Part shown: in pieces, positions 29,426-39,277 of the stretch
Layout: every line of letters starts with the position of its first letter
How positions within the stretch are numbered: the stretch's first letter is position 1
Source: Deltaproteobacteria bacterium
Lineage (GTDB): Bacteria; Desulfobacterota; Binatia; Binatales; Binataceae
Reading direction: 5' to 3'
Assembly (NCBI GenBank): GCA_003135855.1
Contig: PNBD01000044.1
Location: 10,905-74,904 of the forward strand
DNA: 64,000 bases
Notes under the pieces: model-generated
Seen by the model: the letters and a program-made list of their open reading frames with translations, nothing else
The model's database searches: none
What the model was told of the DNA's origin: nothing
Translations under genes and position numbers: made by a program

Positions 29426-30582
29426 TGCGACGAGATATCTTCACCGAAGAACACGAAATGTTCCGCACCCAGGTGCGCCGCTTCGTCGAAACCGAAATCG
29501 CGCCGAAAGTCCCGGAGTGGAATCGCAACGGAATGAGCGATCGCGCGAGCTGGCGCAAAATGGGCGAGGCCGGGTTTCTTGGCGCCAACGCGCCCGCGGA
29601 ATACGGCGGCGCCGGCGTCGATTTTATCTACGACGCGATCGTGATGGAGGAAATGTCGCGCGTGCGCGCGCACGGCCTCATGATGTCGCTGCATTCGGAC
29701 ATCTGCATGCCGTACATCACGAGTTTCGGCAACGCGCAACAGAAAAAGCGCTATCTGCCCGGCACGATCAGCGGCGAGATTATCCTCGCGATCGCGATGA
29801 CCGAACCCGGCACCGGCTCCGACCTTGCCGCGGTCCAGACCACGGCGCGTCGCGACGGCGACAACTACGTCCTCAACGGTGCGAAGACCTTCATCTCCAA
29901 TGGTCAGATTGCCGACCTCATAATCGTCGTCTGCAAGACCGACCCGAAGGCGAATCCGCCGCATAAGGGCGTCAGCCTGATGCTCGTCGAGGCGACCAGT
30001 CCCGGCTTTGTGCGCGGCCGCAAGCTCGACAAGCTTGGACTGCGCGGTCAGGACACCAGCGAACTGTTCTTCGAAGACTGCCGCGTGCCGGTCGGCAACC
30101 TGCTCGGCCACGAGGGGCAGGGCTTCAAGATGCTGATGCAGAATCTCCAGCAGGAGCGGCTTTGCGTCGCGGTCGCATCGATCGCGAGCTGCCGCCGCAC
30201 CGTCGAAGATACGGTCGCATACTGCCAGCAGCGGCGCGCGTTCGGGCAGCCGATCGCCGAATTTCAGAATACTCAATTCAAGCTCGCCGAGATGATGACC
30301 GAAGTCGAAGTCGGCCAGGCGTTCGTCGATCGACTGCTGGTCGCGCACGTTCGGCACGACGAGATCGTCGCCGAGGTCAGCATGGCTAAATGGTGGACGA
30401 CCGATTTGCAGAAGAAGATTTCGAGCCAATGCCTGCAACTGCACGGCGGCTACGGCTTCATGATGGAGTATCCAGTCGCGACGGATTACGCCGATGCGGC
30501 AGTGCAATCGATCTACGCGGGCACCAACGAAATAATGAAGGTCATCATCGCGCGCAAGATGGGTCTGGATTCGCGCAAGTGA
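29425..30582 (+). CDS. Acyl-CoA dehydrogenase
   Basis: 385 aa with ACAD motifs (AMTEPGTGSD, YAGTNEI). TAATG overlap with the GFA stop. Confidence 0.9.
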   Translation: MRRDIFTEEHEMFRTQVRRFVETEIAPKVPEWNRNGMSDRASWRKMGEAGFLGANAPAEYGGAGVDFIYDAIVMEEMSRVRAHGLMMSLHSDICMPYITSFGNAQQKKRYLPGTISGEIILAIAMTEPGTGSDLAAVQTTARRDGDNYVLNGAKTFISNGQIADLIIVVCKTDPKANPPHKGVSLMLVEATSPGFVRGRKLDKLGLRGQDTSELFFEDCRVPVGNLLGHEGQGFKMLMQNLQQERLCVAVASIASCRRTVEDTVAYCQQRRAFGQPIAEFQNTQFKLAEMMTEVEVGQAFVDRLLVAHVRHDEIVAEVSMAKWWTTDLQKKISSQCLQLHGGYGFMMEYPVATDYADAAVQSIYAGTNEIMKVIIARKMGLDSRK

Positions 30583-30591
30583 ATCAGGCCG

Positions 30592-31935
30592 TCATGGAAG
30601 CATCTGCTCCGCAAGCTTCGCCATCGAAGCGCCAGCCTTCGCGCCGCAGAGGGTGTCGTTCACGTCACATTGAGGCGTGATACCCAGCGTGCGCTGCCGA
30701 GCGTTCAGATCGAAGATAGCTGCGTTTGTAGTACCATCGGGAGCACATCCGCATAGCTGACTCGCGCAACAACTGCATCCGACGGCGGCCTCGAGCTGGG
30801 CTATCGCAGCCAGGCCCTTGGCCGGACACTTGGATAATCCAGAGCAAGCGACAGATGTAAGGTCTCGGTCATTGCATTCGCCGGTGCATAGGGTGGCGTC
30901 ACAGGTGTAAGCGGATTCAATCTTAGCTTTGTCCTTACAGCTATAAGCTTTGCAAATTGCCTTACAGTCGGTGCCGGCTGGTACAGTCATCGTGTCATTG
31001 AAGAGCGGACACCCGTTGCCGCCGGGCGCGTCAGGGATACACGCCGTCAAGGGCGGTATCGTAGTGCCCTCTGGACTAAAGGCTGCGGACCATACAAGGT
31101 CGCCCCCCAGGGTGCACTGAGTCGCTGGGTCATCGAGGGTGACCCCAACCTGGTAAGGTCCGGTGTAAGTGGGACAAGAGCATGAGACTATACCTTTTGT
31201 GCCGGTCTTCTTACACGGTGCCGTCATGCATCCTGCGTAAGGAGCCTGCCCGCAGTTAGTTTGACCAAGCCCATTCGATGAAACGCAATCGAGGCTGAAA
31301 GTGGAGACGAGGTCAGCGCCGGGAATGAGTCTCTTTTGGTTTATCGCCCGGCAGACCGGCGCCTTGTTGACGTTTGCCGCACCAGTACATGCGCTCCCGT
31401 CAGCGCCGCAGACCTTAACCGTCTTTTTGTATATCTTGTAGTTGAGGATCGCGTTCATATCTACAAAGTAGGCGCCCCACGCGACTTCAAAGCAGTTGCA
31501 GTTAGCGAAGCGGCCATCTGCGCTAAGCGTGCAGGACAGGTCTTGGGAGCCCGTACTTGGACCGGAGTAGTAGCAGAGAGCATAGGGTCCACCTTTGCAC
31601 CAAACGAAGTTGGTAGGTGTCACCAGGATATCGCCAAAGGCGGGAATCGGGACGCAGTCAGCTCCCGAAGTGCAGGAACAGTTCGTTCCAGTGCATCCTG
31701 CGGTCAACTGAGTTGTAGCGTGCTTGGGATTGGTCCAGAACTTATACGAATTGGGGACGAAGTGTTTGCCCGTCGCGCTGCCGGATGCGACCGCATCGAG
31801 CGCTGATACCGCGTCAAGAGTTGCCGCGGTACTATTGAGCGCAAGGGTCGCAGCCAGATCGCCTGACATTGCTTTCGATGATAGCGTTGCGATCAAACAG
31901 ATACAGATAATCCAGGCGCGAAGAGTAATCGACAC
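30592..31935 (-). CDS. Secreted cysteine-rich protein of unknown family (about 36 Cys in about 420 mature residues)
   Basis: Signal peptide MSITLRAWIICICLIATLSS. Dense CxC/CxxC spacing throughout. Local GC and third-position GC are visibly lower than in the flanking genes. It is an isolated transcription unit. Confidence 0.6.
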   Translation of the reverse strand: MSITLRAWIICICLIATLSSKAMSGDLAATLALNSTAATLDAVSALDAVASGSATGKHFVPNSYKFWTNPKHATTQLTAGCTGTNCSCTSGADCVPIPAFGDILVTPTNFVWCKGGPYALCYYSGPSTGSQDLSCTLSADGRFANCNCFEVAWGAYFVDMNAILNYKIYKKTVKVCGADGSACTGAANVNKAPVCRAINQKRLIPGADLVSTFSLDCVSSNGLGQTNCGQAPYAGCMTAPCKKTGTKGIVSCSCPTYTGPYQVGVTLDDPATQCTLGGDLVWSAAFSPEGTTIPPLTACIPDAPGGNGCPLFNDTMTVPAGTDCKAICKAYSCKDKAKIESAYTCDATLCTGECNDRDLTSVACSGLSKCPAKGLAAIAQLEAAVGCSCCASQLCGCAPDGTTNAAIFDLNARQRTLGITPQCDVNDTLCGAKAGASMAKLAEQMLP

Positions 31936-32123
31936 AGTTATTCTCCCGTGAAATTTCTCTGGTCAAGGGCTCAACCTATCATGACATCGCGATCTTCGCT
32001 AATCATCTCGAGCAAAGCGAGGAATACCTGACGTCATCATCCGCTCTACATGGTCTTCCGGAATCTATTGCGAGTATCCTGCGCTCGAAATGAACAGATA
32101 AGTTGCCGCTGAGGCCATACCTC

Positions 32124-32156
32124 AAAAAAACGGCCGGCATCTGAAAATGCCGGCCG
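32124..32156 (-). terminator. Rho-independent terminator for the minus-strand thiolase operon
   Basis: Perfect 10-bp stem CGGCCGGCAT/ATGCCGGCCG with a 6-nt loop, followed on the minus strand by a 7-nt U-run (the A-run at 32124-32130 on the plus strand). Confidence 0.65.
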
Positions 32157-32188
32157 TCGAATTGTCTGCTGATCAATTCTCGGGAAGC

Positions 32189-33373
32189 TTAGCCGAGCTC
32201 GCTGCCCACCACTGAAACGAAGCTGACGCATCGACCCGGCGCGCCGCCGAGATTATGCGTCAGTCCGACCTTGGGATTGTTGAGTTGCCGGAGCCCTGCC
32301 TCTCCGCGCATCTGCAGCCACATCTCGTACATCATGCGCAGTCCTGACGCGCCGATCGGATGCCCAAACGACTTGAGGCCGCCATCCGGATTGACCGGCA
32401 GCTTGCCCTCCAGGTCGAAGAAGCCTTCCATCACGTCCTGCCATGCAGTTCCGCGCGGGCTGAAGCCGAGATCCTCGTACAGCACGAGCTCGGTCGGCGT
32501 GAAACAATCATGCACTTCGGCCATGCTGATCTGCTCGCGAGGATTGGTGATGCCCGCCTGCGCGTACGCATCCTTGGCCGTCGCGACGACTTCGCGAAAC
32601 GTGGTGAAATCGTAATCCTGCGACAGCGGCCCTTCCGCCGGTCCCGCGATGAACGACAGCGCCTTTATATAGATGGGATTCTTGCAGTACTTGTGCGCAT
32701 CTTCGGCCCGCACCACGATCGCCGCCGCCGAGCCGTCCGAGACGCCCGAGCAATCCATGATTCCGAGCGGATCCGCGATCTTGGGCGAGTTCCGGATGGT
32801 CTCCATCGAGACTTCCTTCTGGAACTGAGCCTTGGGATTTTTCGCGCCGTTCTTGTGATTCTTCCACGCGATGCGCGAGAGCACTTCCTTGCCCTTGTCG
32901 GCATCGAGTCCGTACTTCTTGAAATACGCAGGCGCGAGCAATGAGAACGAGGCCGGCGCCGTCATCGTGCCGTGGGTGCCGTCGTTCGGCGGAACGTTCG
33001 ACACCAAGCCCGAGTAGCCCGAGTCCTTGAGCTTCTCGACGCCGATCGCCATCGCGACGTCGAATGCGCCCGACGCGACCGCGTAGCAGGCCTGGCGCAG
33101 CGCTTCCGAACCGGTCGCGCACATATTTTCGACGCGGGTCACCGGCTTGTACTGAATTTTGAGCGGCTCGGAGAGCGTCAGCCCCGAGATACCGGAGGCC
33201 ATGGTGCCGAGCCAGTAGGCGTCGACGTCCTTCGGCTCCAGTCCGGCCGACTCGTACGCCTGGTAGGCGGCGTCGACCAGCAAATCGTCCGGGCCCTTGT
33301 CCCAATGCTCACCGAACTTGGTGCATCCCATGCCGATGATTGCGACGCGGTCTTTGATTCCTCTGCTTGCCAT
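32189..33373 (-). CDS. Thiolase-like protein (SCP-x/archaeal-type thiolase domain)
   Basis: 394 aa. N-terminal RVAIIGMGCTKFGEH and C-terminal thiolase motifs (NPDGGLKSFGHPIGASG). Confidence 0.85.
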   Translation of the reverse strand: MASRGIKDRVAIIGMGCTKFGEHWDKGPDDLLVDAAYQAYESAGLEPKDVDAYWLGTMASGISGLTLSEPLKIQYKPVTRVENMCATGSEALRQACYAVASGAFDVAMAIGVEKLKDSGYSGLVSNVPPNDGTHGTMTAPASFSLLAPAYFKKYGLDADKGKEVLSRIAWKNHKNGAKNPKAQFQKEVSMETIRNSPKIADPLGIMDCSGVSDGSAAAIVVRAEDAHKYCKNPIYIKALSFIAGPAEGPLSQDYDFTTFREVVATAKDAYAQAGITNPREQISMAEVHDCFTPTELVLYEDLGFSPRGTAWQDVMEGFFDLEGKLPVNPDGGLKSFGHPIGASGLRMMYEMWLQMRGEAGLRQLNNPKVGLTHNLGGAPGRCVSFVSVVGSELG

Positions 33374-33408
33374 GAAACGATCCTCCTGGATCCTGGTGCC
33401 TGCCGGTT

Positions 33409-34815
33409 CTAACGCGTAGGGCGTGCCTTCCAGAAATAGTTGTTAACGCCGTCCGCGGTAAAGAGGCGGCGAAAAGTCATTTCGACCTGATCACCGATTG
33501 CGACCTTCTCCGGCTCGCAGTCGGTCATCTCGCACAGAAAGCGGCCGCCGCCTTCAAAGTCTATCACCACGTTAACAGTCGGCGGGTTGAGAGAATAGGC
33601 GAGCCGATCGATCGCGTAAGTGGCGATTTTGCCGGTGCGATCGGCGAAAGCATAGGGCTCCATCTTGCGCGATTGGCATTTCACGCAAACCAGTTGCGGC
33701 GGCAATTGCGGCGTTCCGCAACTGACGCATCGCGAGCCGATAAAGCCGAACTTCCATTTCTCGGAGCGCATCATGGGCGGACCCGCCGGGCGATCGGGAT
33801 CGGGGCGCCGGGGCGGCTCGGTCGGCAGAATCTCACGCCACTTCAGGTAGTTGGCGTAAGTGACGTCGCCCTTCGACTCGATCATGCGGCCCACCGAATG
33901 AACCGGTTTGAAGCTCGCCGCCGCAGGCGTCACGCGGAGCATGATCGCGTCGGCACCGTCGGCCACCGTCGCGACCAAAATGAGGTCGCCGGCCTTGGCG
34001 AGTGGCAGCACGCTCGCGAGCATCAGGCCCGGATGAGCCGCGCCGGTCTGACCCACGGTCAAGGCGAACGAGTCGGCGAATTTGGCGGGATCGAGTTTGA
34101 GCGCGCGCGAAATTTCGTCAGCGGCGCGCGGATTCGGGGCGTCGAGAATAATTTTCGCGATGTCGCCGGGGGCGACCTTGGCCTTCTCGAGCAGGTTCTT
34201 GATTACGGTGCCGAGCAGCGGCGAGTAGGCCTGCGTCAACGCGAAACGCTCTTCCCAGGAATGCGAGAAGCGCTCGCCGGGCGCGCGCCACGAATCGAGG
34301 AACTCACGGGTCAGCGAGGTGCTCGCCACAATCTCGGCCAGCAGGTGATCGCTGCCGAGCACGAACGCGGCCGCGCCGTCACCGGTGGTCTGCTCGGCTT
34401 TGCCTTCGGGCGCGGCGAGCCGGCAATCGCCCATCGTGACCAGCACGCGCTTAGCGCCGCCACTGATCGCGTCGGCACCTTGCAGTAGAGCTGAAATCCC
34501 GGCGCGAACTGAGCCGGTCGAATCCGAGGCGCGAATCTCACCGGGAAGCTGCGTCGCAGCGCCGATCAGCGCGGCGTTGAGTTTTTCCGCATAGGGCGGC
34601 GTCGAAGTCGCAAAGAACAGCGCCTCGACGGTGCCGGAGGGCGCCGCCTTGAGCGCATCGCGCGCCGCCTCGACCGCCATCGAGACGCTATCTTCATCGA
34701 AGCTCGCGATTGCGCGCTCGCCCTTGCCGGCAGGCGTGCCGAGAACTTGCGCTATCGCGGAGCGCTTGAGGCGCCGATATGGGATGTAAGTACCGTAAGA
34801 AACGATTCCAGTCAT
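33409..34815 (-). CDS. HMG-CoA-synthase-like domain fused to a DUF35 (Zn-ribbon + OB-fold) domain
   Basis: The N-terminus MTGIVSYGTYIPYRRLKRSAIAQVLG resembles archaeal HMGS. The C-terminus has CVSCGTPQLPPQLVCVKC (Zn ribbon) and an OB-fold region. It sits adjacent to the thiolase, as in thiolase/HMGS/DUF35 complexes. Confidence 0.7.
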   Translation of the reverse strand: MTGIVSYGTYIPYRRLKRSAIAQVLGTPAGKGERAIASFDEDSVSMAVEAARDALKAAPSGTVEALFFATSTPPYAEKLNAALIGAATQLPGEIRASDSTGSVRAGISALLQGADAISGGAKRVLVTMGDCRLAAPEGKAEQTTGDGAAAFVLGSDHLLAEIVASTSLTREFLDSWRAPGERFSHSWEERFALTQAYSPLLGTVIKNLLEKAKVAPGDIAKIILDAPNPRAADEISRALKLDPAKFADSFALTVGQTGAAHPGLMLASVLPLAKAGDLILVATVADGADAIMLRVTPAAASFKPVHSVGRMIESKGDVTYANYLKWREILPTEPPRRPDPDRPAGPPMMRSEKWKFGFIGSRCVSCGTPQLPPQLVCVKCQSRKMEPYAFADRTGKIATYAIDRLAYSLNPPTVNVVIDFEGGGRFLCEMTDCEPEKVAIGDQVEMTFRRLFTADGVNNYFWKARPTR

Positions 34816-34873
34816 GTGCGCATTTAAGTCCGATACGCCTATGCGGTCAACCAGACTGCGGGGCTGCGGATGA

Positions 34874-35908
34874 TCAGCGAAAGCCCTGGATGGTGACGAC
34901 GGCGGTCGCGCCCATGCGGAAGGGCAGTTTCGCGTCGCGATCCTCGAGCACGATTCGCACCGGGAAGCGCTGCGAGAGCCGCACCCAATTGAGCGTCGTC
35001 TCGGTTTGCGGCAGCCCCTCGACGCTTGCGCCGTTGGGCTGATAGAGCGCCCATCCGACGCCTTGCACGCGTCCGCGAAAACGTTTGTTCGGGTACGAGA
35101 GGATGAACACCTCGGCGGTCATGCCGGGCTGGATATGCGAGAGAAACGTCTCGCGAAAGTTCGCCAGCACGTACCACTTCCGATCGTCGATCAAGCTGAC
35201 GACCTGCCGCCCCTCGTTGGCATACTGGCCCACCGCGATGTTCAAGTTGGTCACGTAGCCGTCGAACGGCGCGCGCACGTAGCAATATCCGACATTCAAC
35301 TTCGCGTCATAGACCGCGGCCTCGGCGGCTTTACGCCGCGCGTTGATGTCGCCGAATCGGCCGAGCTGATTCTCGGCCTTGAGCACATCGGAGCGGGCGG
35401 CATCGACGCCGGCCTCCTCGGAATGCATCCGGGAGCGCGCGTTAAAGACGTCGTTGGCGGTGACGAAATGCCTGGTCAGCAGCGGCTCGATTCGCGCCAG
35501 ATACTGCTTTGCGTACGACGCGTCCGCTGCGCGCCGCGCTTGCTCGGATTTGGCAGTTCGAATCGTGTCGTCAAGCGCGCGAATCTCCAGGTCGGTCAAC
35601 TGCAGCCGGGCGATAGCCGCATCGAGGGTCGACTGATAGGGCCGCGGATCGACAACGAATAGTAAGTCGCCTTTTTTGGCGTACTGATTATCGACAATCG
35701 GCAGTTCGACGATCGGACCGCTCACGTGCGGCGCTATTCCTACCACGTTGGCGCGAACGTAAGCGTCGTCGGTGCGTGGATAGATGTAGTAAAGCCGCGC
35801 GACGTAAAGGCCAACCGCAACAGTAGCGATCACGATCGCGGCGCTCAGCAGGTGACCGACTAGTCTCAGCGCAAGCGAGTTGCCGGTCGTGTCAGATGCG
35901 GATGCCAT
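34874..35908 (-). CDS. HlyD-family efflux adaptor (EmrA/AaeA-like)
   Basis: N-terminal TM, then TDDAYVRANVVGIAPHVSGPIVELPIVDNQYAKKGDLLFVVDPRPYQ, the canonical EmrA/AaeA motif. Confidence 0.8.
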   Translation of the reverse strand: MASASDTTGNSLALRLVGHLLSAAIVIATVAVGLYVARLYYIYPRTDDAYVRANVVGIAPHVSGPIVELPIVDNQYAKKGDLLFVVDPRPYQSTLDAAIARLQLTDLEIRALDDTIRTAKSEQARRAADASYAKQYLARIEPLLTRHFVTANDVFNARSRMHSEEAGVDAARSDVLKAENQLGRFGDINARRKAAEAAVYDAKLNVGYCYVRAPFDGYVTNLNIAVGQYANEGRQVVSLIDDRKWYVLANFRETFLSHIQPGMTAEVFILSYPNKRFRGRVQGVGWALYQPNGASVEGLPQTETTLNWVRLSQRFPVRIVLEDRDAKLPFRMGATAVVTIQGFR

Positions 35909-35915
35909 CGCGTAG

Positions 35916-36194
35916 TTAGAGGCGGTTGAAGAAGATCAGCCACACGATACAGCCAGTCAGGATCATCAAGCTTGGATAGACGAGCGGCAGCGGCCACAGG
36001 AACGGCTCGATGCGGGTGGCGACGAAGAGCGCGCGAAGCATCGCGGTGATCACCCCGCCGCAGATCGCGCAGAAGAGCCAGCTCGGAAAGTTCGCGCCGG
36101 CGACATTGACCACTGGATCGCATGCCGAGAGCGCGATCGCCAAAACGATCAGCGGCGCAAACGAGGGCGTCAAAGGCGATTTGGTGAAGCGCAT
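35916..36194 (-). CDS. Small membrane protein, DUF1656/AaeX-like
   Basis: Two TM helices. Position immediately upstream of the hlyD gene and C-terminal similarity to AaeX. Start chosen at the internal Met (36194). The track ORF extends to 36344 with an unlikely Cys/Arg-rich leader. Confidence 0.45.
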   Translation of the reverse strand: MRFTKSPLTPSFAPLIVLAIALSACDPVVNVAGANFPSWLFCAICGGVITAMLRALFVATRIEPFLWPLPLVYPSLMILTGCIVWLIFFNRL

Positions 36195-36326
36195 CGCGGG
36201 AAATTGTATGCGTCGGATTGTGCAAAAGCACGTTGCGATATTCAATGTCCCGCAGCACTCGCGCGCGAGCCGTCGGCGACCTGAAGGTGCATCGAAACGC
36301 CCGAGATTTCCACTATGGGGGAACGC

Positions 36327-37883
36327 ATGAAGATTGATTTTCAACCGCGCCGCGCCAACCGGAATCTTGCTCGCTCGATCGCTGCGCGTCGGCGCCGACC
36401 GCTCGCATTACTTTTGCTGCGAGGCAGTCTCGCCGCGAGTGTTATTGCGCTAGGCGCCGGCGGATGCACCTACATGGCGGAGCAGCCGGAGGTGAGTCCC
36501 GCGAGATTTGCGCCGTCCTCGGAAAGTAGTCCGTGGATTCCCACTCATGCCTACGCGACTACGGCGCAACAGCGGCCCGTAACGGCGCTGCCGGATGCGG
36601 GCATGTCCGGGAGTTATTCCAGCTCTGCCGGCAAGTACGATTTGTCCACGCTGATCGATGTCGCGCTGCACAACAATCCCGACACGGCCCGCACCTGGGA
36701 CCAGGCGCGGGCGGCAGCGGCCGCTTACGGCGCCTCGCGTGCGCCCTACTACCCGCAGGTCGGTGCGCAAATGTCTGGTGGATACACGCGAGTGTTATTC
36801 GAGCTTCCCGGCCAGCTCGGAGTGCTCAAGCAATGGCAAATAACGCCGATGGTCGAACTCACTTACACGCTGCTCGATTTCGGACGGCGAAGCGCCGGCG
36901 CCAGGATCGCTCGCGAACAACTGGCCGCGGCGAACTTCGCTTTCAATCGCAAGATGCAGGATGTGGTGTTCGCGACGCAGCGCGCCTTCTATGCGATGGG
37001 CGCGGCGAAAGCCGCGGTGCAAGCGGCTCAGCAAAATGTCGAGCTCGCGAAGACCGATGACGAAGCGGTGAGCCGTCGCGTCGAACTCGGGCTCGCGACC
37101 GAGCCCGCGCTGCTGCTATCGCGGCAACGCGTCGCACAATCGCAGTACGATCTCGCGAGCGCGCGGCTGCTGGTGCGAGAGGCCCAAGCCGACCTGGCGG
37201 TCGCGCTGGGAATCGCCGCGAATACACCGATCGATATTCCAAGTCTCGATAGTCAGCCGATACCCGCGGGACTCGGTGGTGAAGTCGATGCGCTGATCGA
37301 ATCCGCGATGCGCCGGCGTCCCGATTTGTCCGCGCAAGTGGCGAGCCTCAACGCTCGGAGGGCGGAGGTCGAGCGCAGCAAGGCAGCCTTCTATCCGACT
37401 ATCGGGGTGACTGGAAGCTACGGCGAACAGATGTGGGGCTATGCGATCAGCAATACTCACACCATCAAATCCGCTCAGCCGCAGTATGCCGGGTTGATCA
37501 CTTTCAACTGGGATCTGTTCACCGGCTTCAAGCGACTGAACGATCTGCGGCAGGCCGAAGCTGAGCGCGATGCGGCCGGCGCGCAACTCAAGTCGCTCGA
37601 GGTGGACGCGATCGGCTCGGTATGGCGCGCCTATTACGAGTTTCAGACCGCGCTCAAACGCTACGAGTATGCGAGGGCGTTGCTCGCCGCGTCCGATGAA
37701 TCGTACGCCGCTAACATCGATACGTATCGGCAGGGACTCAGCACGATCGTCGAATTGCTGACGGCCGATCGCGATCTCGCGAGCGCCCGCTACACGATCG
37801 TCCAGAGCCGCGCCGATCTGCTGATGTCGTCGGCCGCGGTGGCGTACGCCGTTGGCGCGGTCGCGATTTCTCCGCGTCCGTGA
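36327..37883 (+). CDS. TolC-family outer-membrane efflux lipoprotein
   Basis: ATG 36327 with a GGGGGA RBS. Lipobox LGAGGC. Two repeated coiled-coil/beta-barrel halves typical of outer-membrane factor proteins. Confidence 0.8.
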   Translation: MKIDFQPRRANRNLARSIAARRRRPLALLLLRGSLAASVIALGAGGCTYMAEQPEVSPARFAPSSESSPWIPTHAYATTAQQRPVTALPDAGMSGSYSSSAGKYDLSTLIDVALHNNPDTARTWDQARAAAAAYGASRAPYYPQVGAQMSGGYTRVLFELPGQLGVLKQWQITPMVELTYTLLDFGRRSAGARIAREQLAAANFAFNRKMQDVVFATQRAFYAMGAAKAAVQAAQQNVELAKTDDEAVSRRVELGLATEPALLLSRQRVAQSQYDLASARLLVREAQADLAVALGIAANTPIDIPSLDSQPIPAGLGGEVDALIESAMRRRPDLSAQVASLNARRAEVERSKAAFYPTIGVTGSYGEQMWGYAISNTHTIKSAQPQYAGLITFNWDLFTGFKRLNDLRQAEAERDAAGAQLKSLEVDAIGSVWRAYYEFQTALKRYEYARALLAASDESYAANIDTYRQGLSTIVELLTADRDLASARYTIVQSRADLLMSSAAVAYAVGAVAISPRP

Positions 37884-38682
37884 TTGCGTCGGCGTGCATC
37901 TGCCAGCCTTGGCTGCATGCAATTCGCTGCTCGCAAAATGGAAGCGCGAGCCAAATTGCGATCCAAGCAATTGCAGGGGTTTTCGCGATAGCCATCGAAC
38001 ATTTCGCGAATCGCAAACTATACTATTTCCGCTATTCGGTCATTCCCCTTGTAAATGCTCACTTGATGAGTCTGGCATCGGCCTTGCTCAGTACCCTCGC
38101 AACGATTCGATGGGAGGGATGACGATCATGGCTGCTACCACTGCAAAAGCAACATTCACGGGCTTCGAGCGCAATCACGAGCAGACCGAGACGGGACTGG
38201 CGGTTCGGATTTCGCAGAACAGTTTTCTGACCGAGCTGCCGGGTGTCGCGTTCGCGTTCCTGACCTCGGCTTACATCGTATTTTCGTTCGCGGCTCTCTA
38301 GGCGTCACTCGCATACCACACGTCCCGTGGTCCGGGTCGAAGATTCGGCTCGGCCACTGAGGACGGATTCCTGGACTACCTGATCAGCGCGGCCAAGGCT
38401 TCAACGTCACCGAATGCGTACGCAGTTCTCGCGCGGTGACTAATCAATGAGTAAGCGGCGTGATACTCACAGGCGTCGCGCTCGGGAACAGAACTGGAAA
38501 GAGAGATCGGTACCATGACTATGGAAGCAGTATCACTGTTGGCGGGACTGGCTATTGCGGCGATCATCATCGCGAAGCCTGCCCGAATGTATTTCAGACG
38601 CTCACGAACGCAAAACTAGCTGATGACGGGGAGGCCCTGAGCGGCCTCTCCGTTACCCCAATCAACTACACATATCCGCTCG

Positions 38683-39126
38683 TCACAGTTCCGCCTTGAA
38701 TATGACGCGATCGGCGCCCGCGTAGGACAGCCGCTTCGGCGCGACGACGATCATCCTCAGCGTTGGATATTTGAAGAACGGCGCTTCGAACGGGTCCTTT
38801 TTCAGGAACACCGCTTTCAGCCGCTCCCATTCGGCGCTGTCGCGCGGGACCTCGCGGGCGACGCCCTGGATCACGACGCGCGAAATCTCGAAGGTCTCGA
38901 CCTTGCCCTTCTCACGCGCGTCGACATAAGCCGTGACGTGCGGATTCTTGAGCGCGTTCTGAAATTTATCCGCAGTGTCGTTCATGATGAAGATCAGCTC
39001 GAGCTCGGGCGTCTCCGCGAACGCCTGCATGGTCGCGGTCGGCCACGGATCGCCCTGGGTCACGATGATTGCCACTTGCTCTTCGGCCAACAACGCGGCA
39101 ACTCTTTCTCTCTGTGCAGCTTCCAA
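38683..39126 (-). CDS. Pyridoxamine 5'-phosphate oxidase-like (FMN/F420-binding split-barrel) protein
   Basis: 147 aa with a PPOX-class split-barrel pattern. Confidence 0.7.
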   Translation of the reverse strand: MEAAQRERVAALLAEEQVAIIVTQGDPWPTATMQAFAETPELELIFIMNDTADKFQNALKNPHVTAYVDAREKGKVETFEISRVVIQGVAREVPRDSAEWERLKAVFLKKDPFEAPFFKYPTLRMIVVAPKRLSYAGADRVIFKAEL

Positions 39127-39277
39127 GTGGGATCCCTCGGCGATTCGAATCGCGCCGGTTAGCGAAAATGAGTTTAGTCATTGCCGCGCGCCATGGAAGC
39201 GGGGCCCCGAACCAATTTCTTGCGATGCCAGCTCCGATCCGTAATGTTGACGGACTCGTAAATAAGTAGGGCCTACG

